From Candidatus Buchananbacteria bacterium CG10_big_fil_rev_8_21_14_0_10_33_19 (GTDB lineage: Bacteria; Patescibacteriota; Patescibacteriia; 2-01-FULL-39-33): DNA of 64,000 bases. This document shows positions 16,523 through 23,884 of the stretch, piece by piece. The notes below the pieces were generated by a model. It was not told the DNA's origin. It made no database searches and saw nothing but the letters and a program-made list of their open reading frames with translations. Made by a program: the position numbers and the translations under genes. Position 1 is the stretch's first letter. Each line of letters starts with the position of its first letter. The stretch covers positions 4,255 through 68,254 of the forward strand of contig PEZY01000012.1 in assembly GCA_002773855.1 (NCBI GenBank), written 5' to 3'.

Positions 16523-17962
16523 TTGTCAAATAAAATTATTATTCAGAGTTTAATAAAATATTTGGGATATGCTATTATATATCATGTAAATAGAATTAAT
16601 ATTAATATGAATCCAGAAAAACAAAACAATATGCCAATAGAATCTTTGGGGTATTATAGTATGGACATGGAGCAGAAAACACCAGAGGAAAGAGAGATAA
16701 TTTTAGACCAAATGCTAGAAGCAGTTTTTAGTAGTGAAGCAGCTGTTAAAATTAATGAAGGTAATAATGGTGTTATTTTGGAATTAGATACTACTGATTT
16801 ACCAGCCGAAGTACGAGATTATTTTTTGACTGATTTAGAAGATGAAGGCGATGATGATGATAAAATAGCTGTGAAGTTACTAAAAATATATACCGGCACC
16901 GAAGGCCGCAAGGAATATGAACTTCAAAAAAAAGCCAGAAATATTTTAAAAGCCGAAGATATAGAAGGAGTTAAGGTGCCCAAACCTCGAAAATTTAGAG
17001 AACTAGAAATTAACAATGACGATGTAGCTAAACATTTAGAATCACTGGGTGTTAAAATTGGCAAGGATAGAATTGTTGAAATAATCGCGATGGACTTAGT
17101 AGCTGGTCAGGATTTAGCGACTATTATGTATGAGGCCTACGTTAAAAATCATGAGGCTGATTTTAAAGCTATGTATCCAGACTTAGAATTAGAATCTTAT
17201 TTAGAACAAATTAACATAGATGCCTTAATAGATTTAGTGCATAAAATGTCTGGCATTAAAAGTAAATATAATAATTTAGATAATTCGCCAGCCGCGGTTC
17301 AGGAACGGGCCCAAATTGCCAAGGCTATTAGTCAGGGCATAGCCTATAAAAGTGTTTTGGACAAAAAACATGCCAGTGGTTTGCTAGAAGCGGTAAATGC
17401 TTTGCACGCTCAGGGGCTTTATCATCGTGATTTGCATCCGCGTAATGTGATGGTTGATAATGATGGTAATTTAGAGATTATTGATTTTGGCTTAGCCAAA
17501 GAAATTGATCCAAAAAATTCACTAGAAGTCAAAAGTGTTTATGTGGCTGGCCCAGAGTCTAGTTATTTGTCTGATCAAGGTATTATAAATATTGCCCAAC
17601 AATTAGCTAAAACCGAAGCCGATTTAAAAGTAGAACAAAGGATTAGTCGATTAGGGGATCCAGAAACATTATTAAATAGATTAGCAGCTAGAAAGCCAGA
17701 AATTTGGCAAGACTTTATAAAAGATATTAATGACAATCAAGATATTGGTAGGATTTTAGGCTTGTATGAAAATAAATTTGGTGGTACCAATGATCATAAA
17801 GTACGAGTAGCTTTGTTATTAGAAATTTCTAAACAAAATAAAAAAAGTGAAGTGATAGATTTTCTAAAAGCCACTATTGAAAAAGAAAATGAGAGAAAAA
17901 AAGAATATCGTTCCGATTTTTTAATTAATCAGTATCAATCGTTGTTAGATTTTTTGTCTTAA
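16523..17962 (+). CDS. eukaryotic-like protein kinase (ePK) domain protein, divergent (no obvious Gly-rich loop)
   Basis: 479 aa. Catalytic loop HRDLHPRNVMV (HRDLKPxN-like), DFG in IIDFGLAKE, an APE-like AGPES, and a VAIK-like IAVKLLK. The true start may be the internal Met at 16607 (MNPEKQNN). Confidence 0.55.
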   Translation: MSNKIIIQSLIKYLGYAIIYHVNRININMNPEKQNNMPIESLGYYSMDMEQKTPEEREIILDQMLEAVFSSEAAVKINEGNNGVILELDTTDLPAEVRDYFLTDLEDEGDDDDKIAVKLLKIYTGTEGRKEYELQKKARNILKAEDIEGVKVPKPRKFRELEINNDDVAKHLESLGVKIGKDRIVEIIAMDLVAGQDLATIMYEAYVKNHEADFKAMYPDLELESYLEQINIDALIDLVHKMSGIKSKYNNLDNSPAAVQERAQIAKAISQGIAYKSVLDKKHASGLLEAVNALHAQGLYHRDLHPRNVMVDNDGNLEIIDFGLAKEIDPKNSLEVKSVYVAGPESSYLSDQGIINIAQQLAKTEADLKVEQRISRLGDPETLLNRLAARKPEIWQDFIKDINDNQDIGRILGLYENKFGGTNDHKVRVALLLEISKQNKKSEVIDFLKATIEKENERKKEYRSDFLINQYQSLLDFLS

Positions 17963-18171
17963 GATTTTATTTGAAAAATATTTTTAGTACTTAGTATTTT
18001 TTATTTTTAAAATTAATGCTATAATAATCTTAAGTCAAACTCACCAGGAGGTGTCTATGCTTGTCTTCAACTAGTGTTGAAAAAATAATTTTATTTTTTA
18101 GTCTCGATAATTTAGATTATTGAGATTTTTTTTATTAATTATTAGACTGTCTTACTTTTACTAAATTATTT

Positions 18172-18180
18172 TGGTATAAT
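18172..18180 (+). promoter_or_regulatory. extended -10 promoter element TGGTATAAT upstream of the 18209 gene
   Basis: TGnTATAAT consensus match 29 nt upstream of the start codon, in a 246-nt AT-rich intergenic region. Confidence 0.4.
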
Positions 18181-18208
18181 TAAATAGTAAAATAATAATC
18201 TTAAATTT

Positions 18209-19045
18209 ATGAATCCATTGCCACAATCACCGCTGATGGCTCCACCTCAGCCAGATTATACCTATACTGGTCCGGAGCAGGTAGATTACAAGGACCGTCA
18301 AATCCATTACGAAAGAAAAAAGCGTCATTGGCAACGTTGGGTGTTTTATGTAGTTTTGTCCGTGGTTTTTTTGGCGATGACAGCTTATGCTGTTTACATT
18401 TATAGCGAAAATACTAAATTAGTAAATAGTATTACCGAGGCCAATGCTAGTTTAAAGATTACCACTCAAAATTTAAGTGATTCCGAAAAGCAATCACTAG
18501 AAAGACAACGCAAAGTGGCAGAGTTAGAAAAATCTTTAGCTGATAGTCAGGCCGATTTGGACAAACAGACTGCCGATTTACAAAAAGCCGGTGAAGATAA
18601 AACCAAACTACTAAGTAGCTACAATGATTTTAAAGTTTCTTTGGGTTCTTCGGATGCTAATATTTATTCTTTCTTGATAAATTATGGGGTGGGTGTGACC
18701 GCAGATAATTTGATAAAAATTCCATTGGCCGATTATAATTTGGGTGGTTTAGATACCGATGGCGATGGTTTGTCGGATACTATTGAAGTGGCTATTGGTA
18801 CCGATGCTAGTAAGAGTGATAGTGACGGCGATGGCTTTTCTGATCGTGATGAATTATTGGCTGGCTACAACGCTTTGGGCGAAGGCAAATTGCCAGTTGA
18901 TGCGGCTTTTGTCGATTTGAATCGCGGTTCTATTTTAATACAAGTAGAACAAAACCAAGGCGCTTGGTATATTAATCCTAAAGATGGCAAACGCTACTTC
19001 CTAGGCAACCCAGCCAAGGCACTGCAAGCGATAGAGAAGTTGTAA
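18209..19045 (+). CDS. membrane-anchored coiled-coil protein with TSP3-type (DxDxDG) calcium-binding repeats
   Basis: 278 aa. Pro-rich N-terminus, one TM (VFYVVLSVVFLAMTAYAVYIY), then a coiled coil (LQKAGEDKTKLL...). It has DTDGDGLSDTIE and DSDGDGFSDRDE repeats. Paralogous in architecture to the genes at 57066 and 57845. Confidence 0.55.
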   Translation: MNPLPQSPLMAPPQPDYTYTGPEQVDYKDRQIHYERKKRHWQRWVFYVVLSVVFLAMTAYAVYIYSENTKLVNSITEANASLKITTQNLSDSEKQSLERQRKVAELEKSLADSQADLDKQTADLQKAGEDKTKLLSSYNDFKVSLGSSDANIYSFLINYGVGVTADNLIKIPLADYNLGGLDTDGDGLSDTIEVAIGTDASKSDSDGDGFSDRDELLAGYNALGEGKLPVDAAFVDLNRGSILIQVEQNQGAWYINPKDGKRYFLGNPAKALQAIEKL

Positions 19046-19056
19046 TTTGATTAATC

Positions 19057-19087
19057 AAAAACAGCTGACATATTCAGCTGTTTTTTG
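19057..19087 (+). terminator. rho-independent terminator (AAAACAGCTGA-catatt-TCAGCTGTTTT)
   Basis: 11-bp stem followed by TTTTTTG, immediately after the stop codon at 19045. Confidence 0.65.
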
Positions 19088-19098
19088 TTATATATTTT

Positions 19099-19154
19099 AA
19101 CACTTCAAGCTAGGCTTGAAGTGTTCAATTTGGCTAAATTTAGGGGTTGATTTT
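19099..19154 (+). repeat. palindromic repeat element copy 1 (AACACTTCAAGC-TAG-GCTTGAAGTGTT plus conserved tail CAATTTGGCTAAATTTAGGGGTTGATTTT), followed by AATACTTGACAAA -35-like box
   Basis: Perfect 12-bp inverted repeat with a 3-nt loop. The same element recurs at 21162, 23775, 33909 and 35689 in the same orientation. Confidence 0.8.
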
Positions 19155-19283
19155 AATTAATGGAATACTTGACAAAATTTTTAAAAAAGGGTAGTCTAGT
19201 TGTAGTTGTATTATGGTAATACACATCAAGAAAACCAGACTAATACATAAGGTATAAGTCTACAACCAGAAAAGGGTATAGGT

Positions 19284-19571
19284 ATGTCAAACATTACCGA
19301 CATCCAAGAAGATGACAAGAAGCACCTTCGCAATGTAAAATTTGAGAATACTGATTTTCGAAAAGCCAGGCCAACCTTGATGCGCAGAATTTGTGTCATG
19401 GTGGCGTATCGTGATGGCGCTATTGGGGTTCGAGATTCCAAAGACGCCTCCAGAACGACACTTGTCTTCAATGAAGATGAGTGGAATGCCTTCATCACTG
19501 GCGTTAAGGATGGCGAATTTGATATTGATGTTTTAAAGGTTGCTTTACCTGGCGCATTAGAACGCGTTTAA
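19284..19571 (+). CDS. DUF397-like small protein
   Basis: 95 aa. VAYRDGAIGVRDSKDASRTTLVFNEDEWNAFITGVKDGEFD matches the DUF397 signature (VRDSK...LvF...eW.aFl.gvK.GeFD) known from actinobacterial XRE-associated pairs. Confidence 0.5.
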   Translation: MSNITDIQEDDKKHLRNVKFENTDFRKARPTLMRRICVMVAYRDGAIGVRDSKDASRTTLVFNEDEWNAFITGVKDGEFDIDVLKVALPGALERV

Positions 19572-19667
19572 TTTTAATTCCGAAATGGAATGTGTAGGAG
19601 TAGTTGAAATATATTGCTCCTTTTTTATTTACATTTAAACATATATATATTAATATACTAGTATATT

Positions 19668-20408
19668 ATGCAAGAAAAAAATCTTAAAATTAAATTAGCA
19701 GACGGCCACACTTTGTATGGTAAATTTTCTGGTTCATTTACTGAACCATTGTTTATTGTTTTGCACGGCATGACTGGTGATATGGAAGATGAGCTTTATA
19801 CTATGGCTGTAAACTGGTTTCAAAAAAAACAGTTTGCTACTTTTAGATTTAATTTTTATGGTTTTCAAAAAGACGCTCGTCAGTTGATGGATTCGACTAT
19901 TAAAATTCAAAGTTCGGATTTAGATAGAGTGGTTAAATATTTTAGAAATAAAGGCGTCAAGAAAATTTTTATTGTGGCCCATAGTTTTTCTGGGCCTGTT
20001 GTCTTGTCTTCGGTTGATCGCGACTTTGACGCTGTAGTTTTTTGGGATCCGACGTATAGAATTTCGTTTACCAAGGGTACCAAGGATTTTCCAAGCGGCA
20101 AATATATAAAAGAAGTTGATGCCTATGCTATGCATTGGGGGGTAAATATATTAATCAGTCGAGCATTGGCCAAAGAAGTGGATTCATTCCCTTGGAATAC
20201 AATTACTAAAGATTTGGCAGTGCCATTAAAAATTATTATTGGTGACAATAGTGAATTAAAAGGTTCTAAGAAATATTTAAATGTTTTGAAAGCCGAAAAA
20301 GAATTTGAGGCGCTCAAGGGTGGCACTCATACTTTTAATGATTCAGACAAGATTAGAGAGGCACTATTTAAATCCACTTATTCATGGTTTAAAAAGTTTT
20401 TAAAATAA
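19668..20408 (+). CDS. alpha/beta-fold hydrolase (esterase/dienelactone-hydrolase-like)
   Basis: 246 aa. Nucleophile elbow VAHSFSGPV (GxSxG-type), a preceding HG motif (FIVLHGMTG), and a C-terminal His region (GGTHTF). Confidence 0.65.
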   Translation: MQEKNLKIKLADGHTLYGKFSGSFTEPLFIVLHGMTGDMEDELYTMAVNWFQKKQFATFRFNFYGFQKDARQLMDSTIKIQSSDLDRVVKYFRNKGVKKIFIVAHSFSGPVVLSSVDRDFDAVVFWDPTYRISFTKGTKDFPSGKYIKEVDAYAMHWGVNILISRALAKEVDSFPWNTITKDLAVPLKIIIGDNSELKGSKKYLNVLKAEKEFEALKGGTHTFNDSDKIREALFKSTYSWFKKFLK

Positions 20409-20420
20409 TTAAAATCAAAA

Positions 20421-20453
20421 AACCTCTAGTTAATTTAGCTAGAGGTTTTTTAT
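20421..20453. terminator. bidirectional terminator (CCTCTAG-ttaatttag-CTAGAGG with a T-run); part of a roughly 107-nt segment duplicated at 35455..35560
   Basis: Hairpin with flanking A6 and T6 runs between the convergent hydrolase (+) and TPR (-) genes. Confidence 0.6.
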
Positions 20454-21041
20454 TTGGTTTTCTAAATCACTAATGATTTCTTTTTCTGTTTTTGATAGTT
20501 TCTGTGACCGACTTAATTTTTTGCCATGATCTAGTATCTCCTGGGCTTTTTTCTTTTGATTGGTTCGAATTAGAAGTCTGACAAAATTAAAGTAAGTGCC
20601 ATATGTTGCTTGGGAGGTGGCAATAGCCTTTTGATAGTATTGTTGTGCTTGTTTATCATCCCCGGACATTTTATAGACATTAGCCATGGAGTTTAATATT
20701 TGAGCGTCATTAGGTGTTATGGCTAAAGCTTGATTGTAATAACTTAAGGATTTGGAGGCCTTATTTTTGTGCCAGTATATTCGACCCAGGCCAATTAAGC
20801 CTTTTTTAGATTTTGGATAGTGCTTTAAAATTTGTTGATAAATATTTTTGGCTTTGTGATGTAATAATAATTTTTTACATATAATTTTTTTAGTTTGAGC
20901 TAGGTGGTCATATAAAATTCCCAAACTATAAAGTAGGTCCTCGTTTTGCGGATCGGTTTTTAGAGCGCTCTTTATTTGAGGTATTGGCTCTTTGTAGTTA
21001 CCATTTTTGAGAGCTGAGTCTATTAATTTTTCGAGTTTTTT
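20439..21041 (-). pseudogene. TPR-repeat protein gene, apparently 5'-truncated; the frame is open for about 39 codons upstream of the first possible start (TTG at 20924) and abuts a repeat-element copy
   Basis: The ORF-track protein (161 aa) shows TPR-like helices (YYNQALAITPNDAQILNSMANVYKMSGDDKQAQQYYQKAIA). The upstream in-frame translation LEYDKKLEKLIDSALKNGNYKEPIPQIKSALKTDPQNEDLLYSLG continues TPR-like sequence with no ATG/GTG/TTG before a stop at about 21042. The repeat element begins at about 21110. Confidence 0.45.
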
Positions 21042-21109
21042 ATCATATTCTAATTATAGTTGGAATGTGTTAATAAAACAATATTTTTTCTTTTCTTTGT
21101 TACCTTTCA

Positions 21110-21226
21110 TATTATTGTCATTGTGAGCTCGCGAAGCAATCTCATTTTATTACACTTTTCTAACACTTTACACTAGGCTTGAAGTGTTCGATTTGGCTAA
21201 ATTTAGGGGTTGATTTTTTGGGTAAT
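21110..21226 (+). repeat. palindromic repeat element copy 2, long form (GTCATTGyGAG...GAAGCAATCyCATTTT... plus degenerate hairpin plus GGCTAAATTTAGGGGTTGATTTT tail)
   Basis: About 120 nt alignable to 23730..23848. Here the left hairpin arm is degenerate (AACACTTTACAC vs GCTTGAAGTGTT). Confidence 0.75.
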
Positions 21227-21228
21227 AC

Positions 21229-21260
21229 TTGACAAATCTAATTAATCATGATAATAATAT
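21229..21260 (+). promoter_or_regulatory. repeat-borne sigma70-like promoter (TTGACA-17-TAATAA) reading into the graspetide precursor gene
   Basis: TTGACA at 21229-21234 lies within the conserved AATACTTGACAAA box at the element's end. A -10-like TAATAA is at 21252-21257. Confidence 0.45.
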
Positions 21261-21407
21261 AACTATAAGTTGTACATTATATAAATTCAAGAGTTTTGGC
21301 GACTTATTTATCTTTATTTCTGGCGCATATCGCTAATATAAAACCAATGTTGGTTTTTAGCCAGTGATTAGGATAATAAGTATAACAGAATAGAAAGGAC
21401 TAGTATT

Positions 21408-21524
21408 ATGTGCGCAAAAGCTAACCTACCATTTATTCTTGGTTATTTAGAGCATCATGTCGGCGCTATGTCTGCGACTACCAGTGGTACTCCAGGCGAT
21501 ATCGACTGTTTTGATGAGACTTAG
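21408..21524 (+). CDS. candidate graspetide (microviridin-like RiPP) precursor peptide, 38 aa; absent from the supplied ORF track
   Basis: ATG at 21408 is preceded by AAAGGA 8 nt upstream. Translation: MCAKANLPFILGYLEHHVGAMSATTSGTPGDIDCFDET. The leader motif LPFILGYL resembles the microviridin PFFARFL recognition helix. The C-terminal core is rich in Thr/Ser donors and Asp/Glu acceptors. The gene sits immediately upstream of the ATP-grasp gene. Confidence 0.5.
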   Translation: MCAKANLPFILGYLEHHVGAMSATTSGTPGDIDCFDET

Positions 21525-21535
21525 GAAATTATAAT

Positions 21536-21572
21536 GGGAGGTGGAAATACATATTCACCTCCCATTTTTTTT
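21536..21572 (+). terminator. intrinsic terminator/attenuator between precursor and ATP-grasp genes (GGGAGGTG-12 nt-CACCTCCC-A-T8)
   Basis: Perfect 8-bp GC-rich stem followed by TTTTTTTT, placed 12 nt after the precursor stop and 26 nt before the ATP-grasp start. This precursor-attenuator-enzyme layout is typical of RiPP operons. Confidence 0.6.
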
Positions 21573-21597
21573 CATAAAAAACAAAAGGAGAGTAAAG

Positions 21598-22560
21598 ATG
21601 ATATTAGCTATTGGTAATTCAGGCTCATATGAGGTAGCAGCATTTAATTCCGTCTTAGAAGAATTGAAGAAAAATGGCGAAGAAGCAGTTCTATTTAAAC
21701 AAGATAAATGTCTCGATGGTGAATATTTAGTATTTGAAAGTAATAATGGAGTTACTGTTTATAACGTAATTATTGATGGTAAAGAATATAATATTGATTC
21801 CTTTTCTGCTATTTGGTATATGAAACCTCATCTACCATTAGAGCTAATGGAATTTGAGCCAGCCAAATATCAGCAATTTATTCAGCGTCAGTTTATTGCC
21901 ATGCGAAAAGCACTTTGGTATCTTTTTAAAGATAAAAAATGGATTGATGATCCAATTGTTATTGATAGGGCGGAAAATAAAATATTTCAATTAACCCTAG
22001 CAGAAAAGGCAGGCCTTTTATTGCCAGATACACTAATAACCTCTGATCCAGATAGAATAAGAAAATTTTATGTCGATACCAGTGGCGATTTGGTTGTTAA
22101 ATTATTAGGGTCTAGTCCAATGGTTAATGAAGTCATTTTTACTAATGTGGTAACGCCTGAGTATATGGTTAAAATAGATTCGGTAAAAATGTCACCCTCT
22201 ATTTTTCAACGACGTATTCTAAAAGCCTATGAATTGAGGATAACAATTGTTGGTGATAAAATTTTCCCGATAAAAATTTATTCTCAGGGCGATGAACAAT
22301 TGGAATTGGATTGGCGTAGAAAGCCCAAACTTAATGATTTTGAAGCTAAGATGGAATTAACATCTCTGCCCAGTGAGGTAGAGAAAAAATTAGTATCATT
22401 TATGAAATTAATTGGTTTGCGTTTTGGCTGTATTGATATGATAGTTACTCCAGATGGGGAATATGTCTTTTTAGAAATTAATCCAAATGGGCAGTGGTAT
22501 TTTATCCAACTTCGTATTGAAGTTGAAATAGCCAAAGCGATAGCTACACTTTTACTATAA
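21598..22560 (+). CDS. ATP-grasp ligase, RimK/MdnC-like (candidate graspetide macrocyclase)
   Basis: 321 aa from ATG 21598 (RBS AAAGGAG). The track's 21541 start overlaps the terminator hairpin. N-terminal pre-ATP-grasp domain MILAIGNSGSYEVAAFNSVLEELKKNGEEAVLF, a central ATP-grasp region, and C-terminal GCIDMIVTPDGEYVFLEINPNGQW (E-x-N plus NGQW, as in microviridin-type ligases). Confidence 0.6.
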   Translation: MILAIGNSGSYEVAAFNSVLEELKKNGEEAVLFKQDKCLDGEYLVFESNNGVTVYNVIIDGKEYNIDSFSAIWYMKPHLPLELMEFEPAKYQQFIQRQFIAMRKALWYLFKDKKWIDDPIVIDRAENKIFQLTLAEKAGLLLPDTLITSDPDRIRKFYVDTSGDLVVKLLGSSPMVNEVIFTNVVTPEYMVKIDSVKMSPSIFQRRILKAYELRITIVGDKIFPIKIYSQGDEQLELDWRRKPKLNDFEAKMELTSLPSEVEKKLVSFMKLIGLRFGCIDMIVTPDGEYVFLEINPNGQWYFIQLRIEVEIAKAIATLLL

Positions 22561-22563
22561 AAT

Positions 22564-22606
22564 AAGAGGGAGGGATTAATACATCTTTACCTCTTTTATT
22601 TTCTAT
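22564..22606 (+). terminator. weak terminator-like hairpin after the ATP-grasp gene
   Basis: AAGAGG...CCTCTT stem with a long loop followed by TTATTTT. Confidence 0.3.
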
Positions 22607-22645
22607 ATATTATTGATATTATACTAATATAGATACAAATAAATT

Positions 22646-23209
22646 ATGAAACAAAAAATTAATGAAAATTTATTAAAGAACATCAAAGAGATGTTTGATG
22701 CTGACCAAGATTTAAGGAATCTTTGGGATAATAAAGATCTAACCAAACCACTTGCGCAGTGGAGTGGTAAAAATTCGGCAAAAAATAAATTAAATTTTGG
22801 CTTAATTAATTATTTAGTTTATTTTGTCGATGCAGCGCACAATCCTAGACTTCATCGAATAATAGAACAATATGGCTATCCCACCACCAAGTTACTTGGC
22901 AAGAAAGGGATGTTATATTTTTTTGTTTTAATTGATCATCAGGATTATGATATTGATTTACAAAAAGCGTGTTTGGCAAAATGTGATTTCGAAAAAAAAC
23001 ATATAGCCAATTTAACAGATAGAATTTTACTTCACGAAGGTAAAAAGCAGATATATGGCACAATGTTCCAGCGAGATTCTAAGGGTCAGAAAATAATTTC
23101 TCAACCAATTGCCGATAAGAAAAATGTTGATAAGAAAAGAAAAGAAATGGGCCTTGGGCCACTGCAGATTGCTTTGGATTCTATGAATAAAAAGTTTTAT
23201 AAAAAATAA
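22646..23209 (+). CDS. hypothetical protein of unknown family (paralog of 23246..23644)
   Basis: 187 aa. It shares ...A.L.DRI...KKQIYGT.F......Q.I..P.........KRKEMGL.P... with the neighbouring minus-strand ORF. No motif is recognised. Confidence 0.45.
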   Translation: MKQKINENLLKNIKEMFDADQDLRNLWDNKDLTKPLAQWSGKNSAKNKLNFGLINYLVYFVDAAHNPRLHRIIEQYGYPTTKLLGKKGMLYFFVLIDHQDYDIDLQKACLAKCDFEKKHIANLTDRILLHEGKKQIYGTMFQRDSKGQKIISQPIADKKNVDKKRKEMGLGPLQIALDSMNKKFYKK

Positions 23210-23245
23210 TATTTAGTAAATAAAAAGTGATAACTGTAATTATTA

Positions 23246-23644
23246 TCACTTTTTTTGTAGATTTTTTTGAGATTCTGATAATTTATTTTTATATTTTTCA
23301 AATGGCTCCAGACCCATTTCTTTTCTTCGCTTGTTGAGTGTCGATTTATTTTTGATTGGCCGATTTATAAACCTTCTATTTTTTGTTAAATAAAATTGAG
23401 TGCCATAGATTTGCGGCAGTTTTTTGTTGGTTTGAATTCGGTCTGTTAAATAGGCTAGTTGCCATAGTGGCACTTGTTTGGCTTTCATTAGTTCTAGACA
23501 TTGTTCCTGAAATTTAATGTCTTTGTCAGCATGTTGTGCGATAAGCCAAGCACCAGATGACGCCTTCTCGCCAACAATTTTAATATCGGGCCAGCCATAT
23601 TTGTCTATTATTTTTTTGTCATCCCGCACCCAACCACTTGTCAT
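23246..23644 (-). pseudogene. N-terminally truncated paralog of the 22646 gene, abutting a repeat element
   Basis: 132 aa aligning to the C-terminal ~130 residues of the 187-aa paralog (IIDKYGWPDIKIVGEK... vs IIEQYGYPTTKLLGKK...; QIYGTQF..RKEMGLEP). The 5' end coincides with repeat-derived sequence (TTGTCATCTC...). Confidence 0.4.
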
Positions 23645-23681
23645 CTCGACCCCATTCGACTACGCTCAAGGTAAACTCCGC

Positions 23682-23706
23682 GGAGCGGAGTGGAGTGGAG
23701 TGGAGT
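23682..23706. repeat. pentanucleotide tandem repeat (GGAGY)x5 adjacent to a 10-bp palindrome CTCCGCGGAG
   Basis: GGAGC GGAGT GGAGT GGAGT GGAGT read directly; it lies inside the repeat-element mosaic. Confidence 0.7.
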
Positions 23707-23729
23707 GATCCCTTTTCTATTTGTCATCT

Positions 23730-23848
23730 CATCTATCACCGTCATTGCGAGGGACGAAGCAATCCCATTTTTATCGCACTCTAGCGAACACTTCAATCTA
23801 GGCTTGAAGTGTTTGTTTTTGGCTTAATTTAGGGGTTTATAGTTATTG
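23730..23848 (+). repeat. palindromic repeat element copy 3, long form (GTCATTGCGAGGGACGAAGCAATCCCATTTT...AACACTTCAATC-TAG-GCTTGAAGTGTT...GGCTTAATTTAGGGGTTTATAG)
   Basis: Alignable over about 120 nt with copy 2. Partial extra fragments (TTGTCATCTC) lie upstream at 23637 and 23717. Confidence 0.75.
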
Positions 23849-23849
23849 T

Positions 23850-23878
23850 TTGACTTATTGTAATAAATACTGTATAGT
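23850..23878 (+). promoter_or_regulatory. sigma70-like promoter TTGACT-17-TATAGT; predicts a leaderless transcript of the half-size hsdS gene
   Basis: The -10 TATAGT ends at 23878. The hsdS-half ATG is at 23885, about 7 nt downstream, so the A of the ATG is at the expected +1. Confidence 0.5.
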
Positions 23879-23884
23879 ACCTAC

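Noticed and set aside
21541-21597. ORF-track start of the ATP-grasp gene at 21541 (MEIHIHLPFFFIKNKRRVK...)
   Set aside because: These codons are the terminator hairpin and T-run (GGGAGGTG...CACCTCCCATTTTTTTT) read as protein. A strong SD (AAAGGAG) precedes the ATG at 21598, which begins the conserved MILAIGNSG N-terminus.
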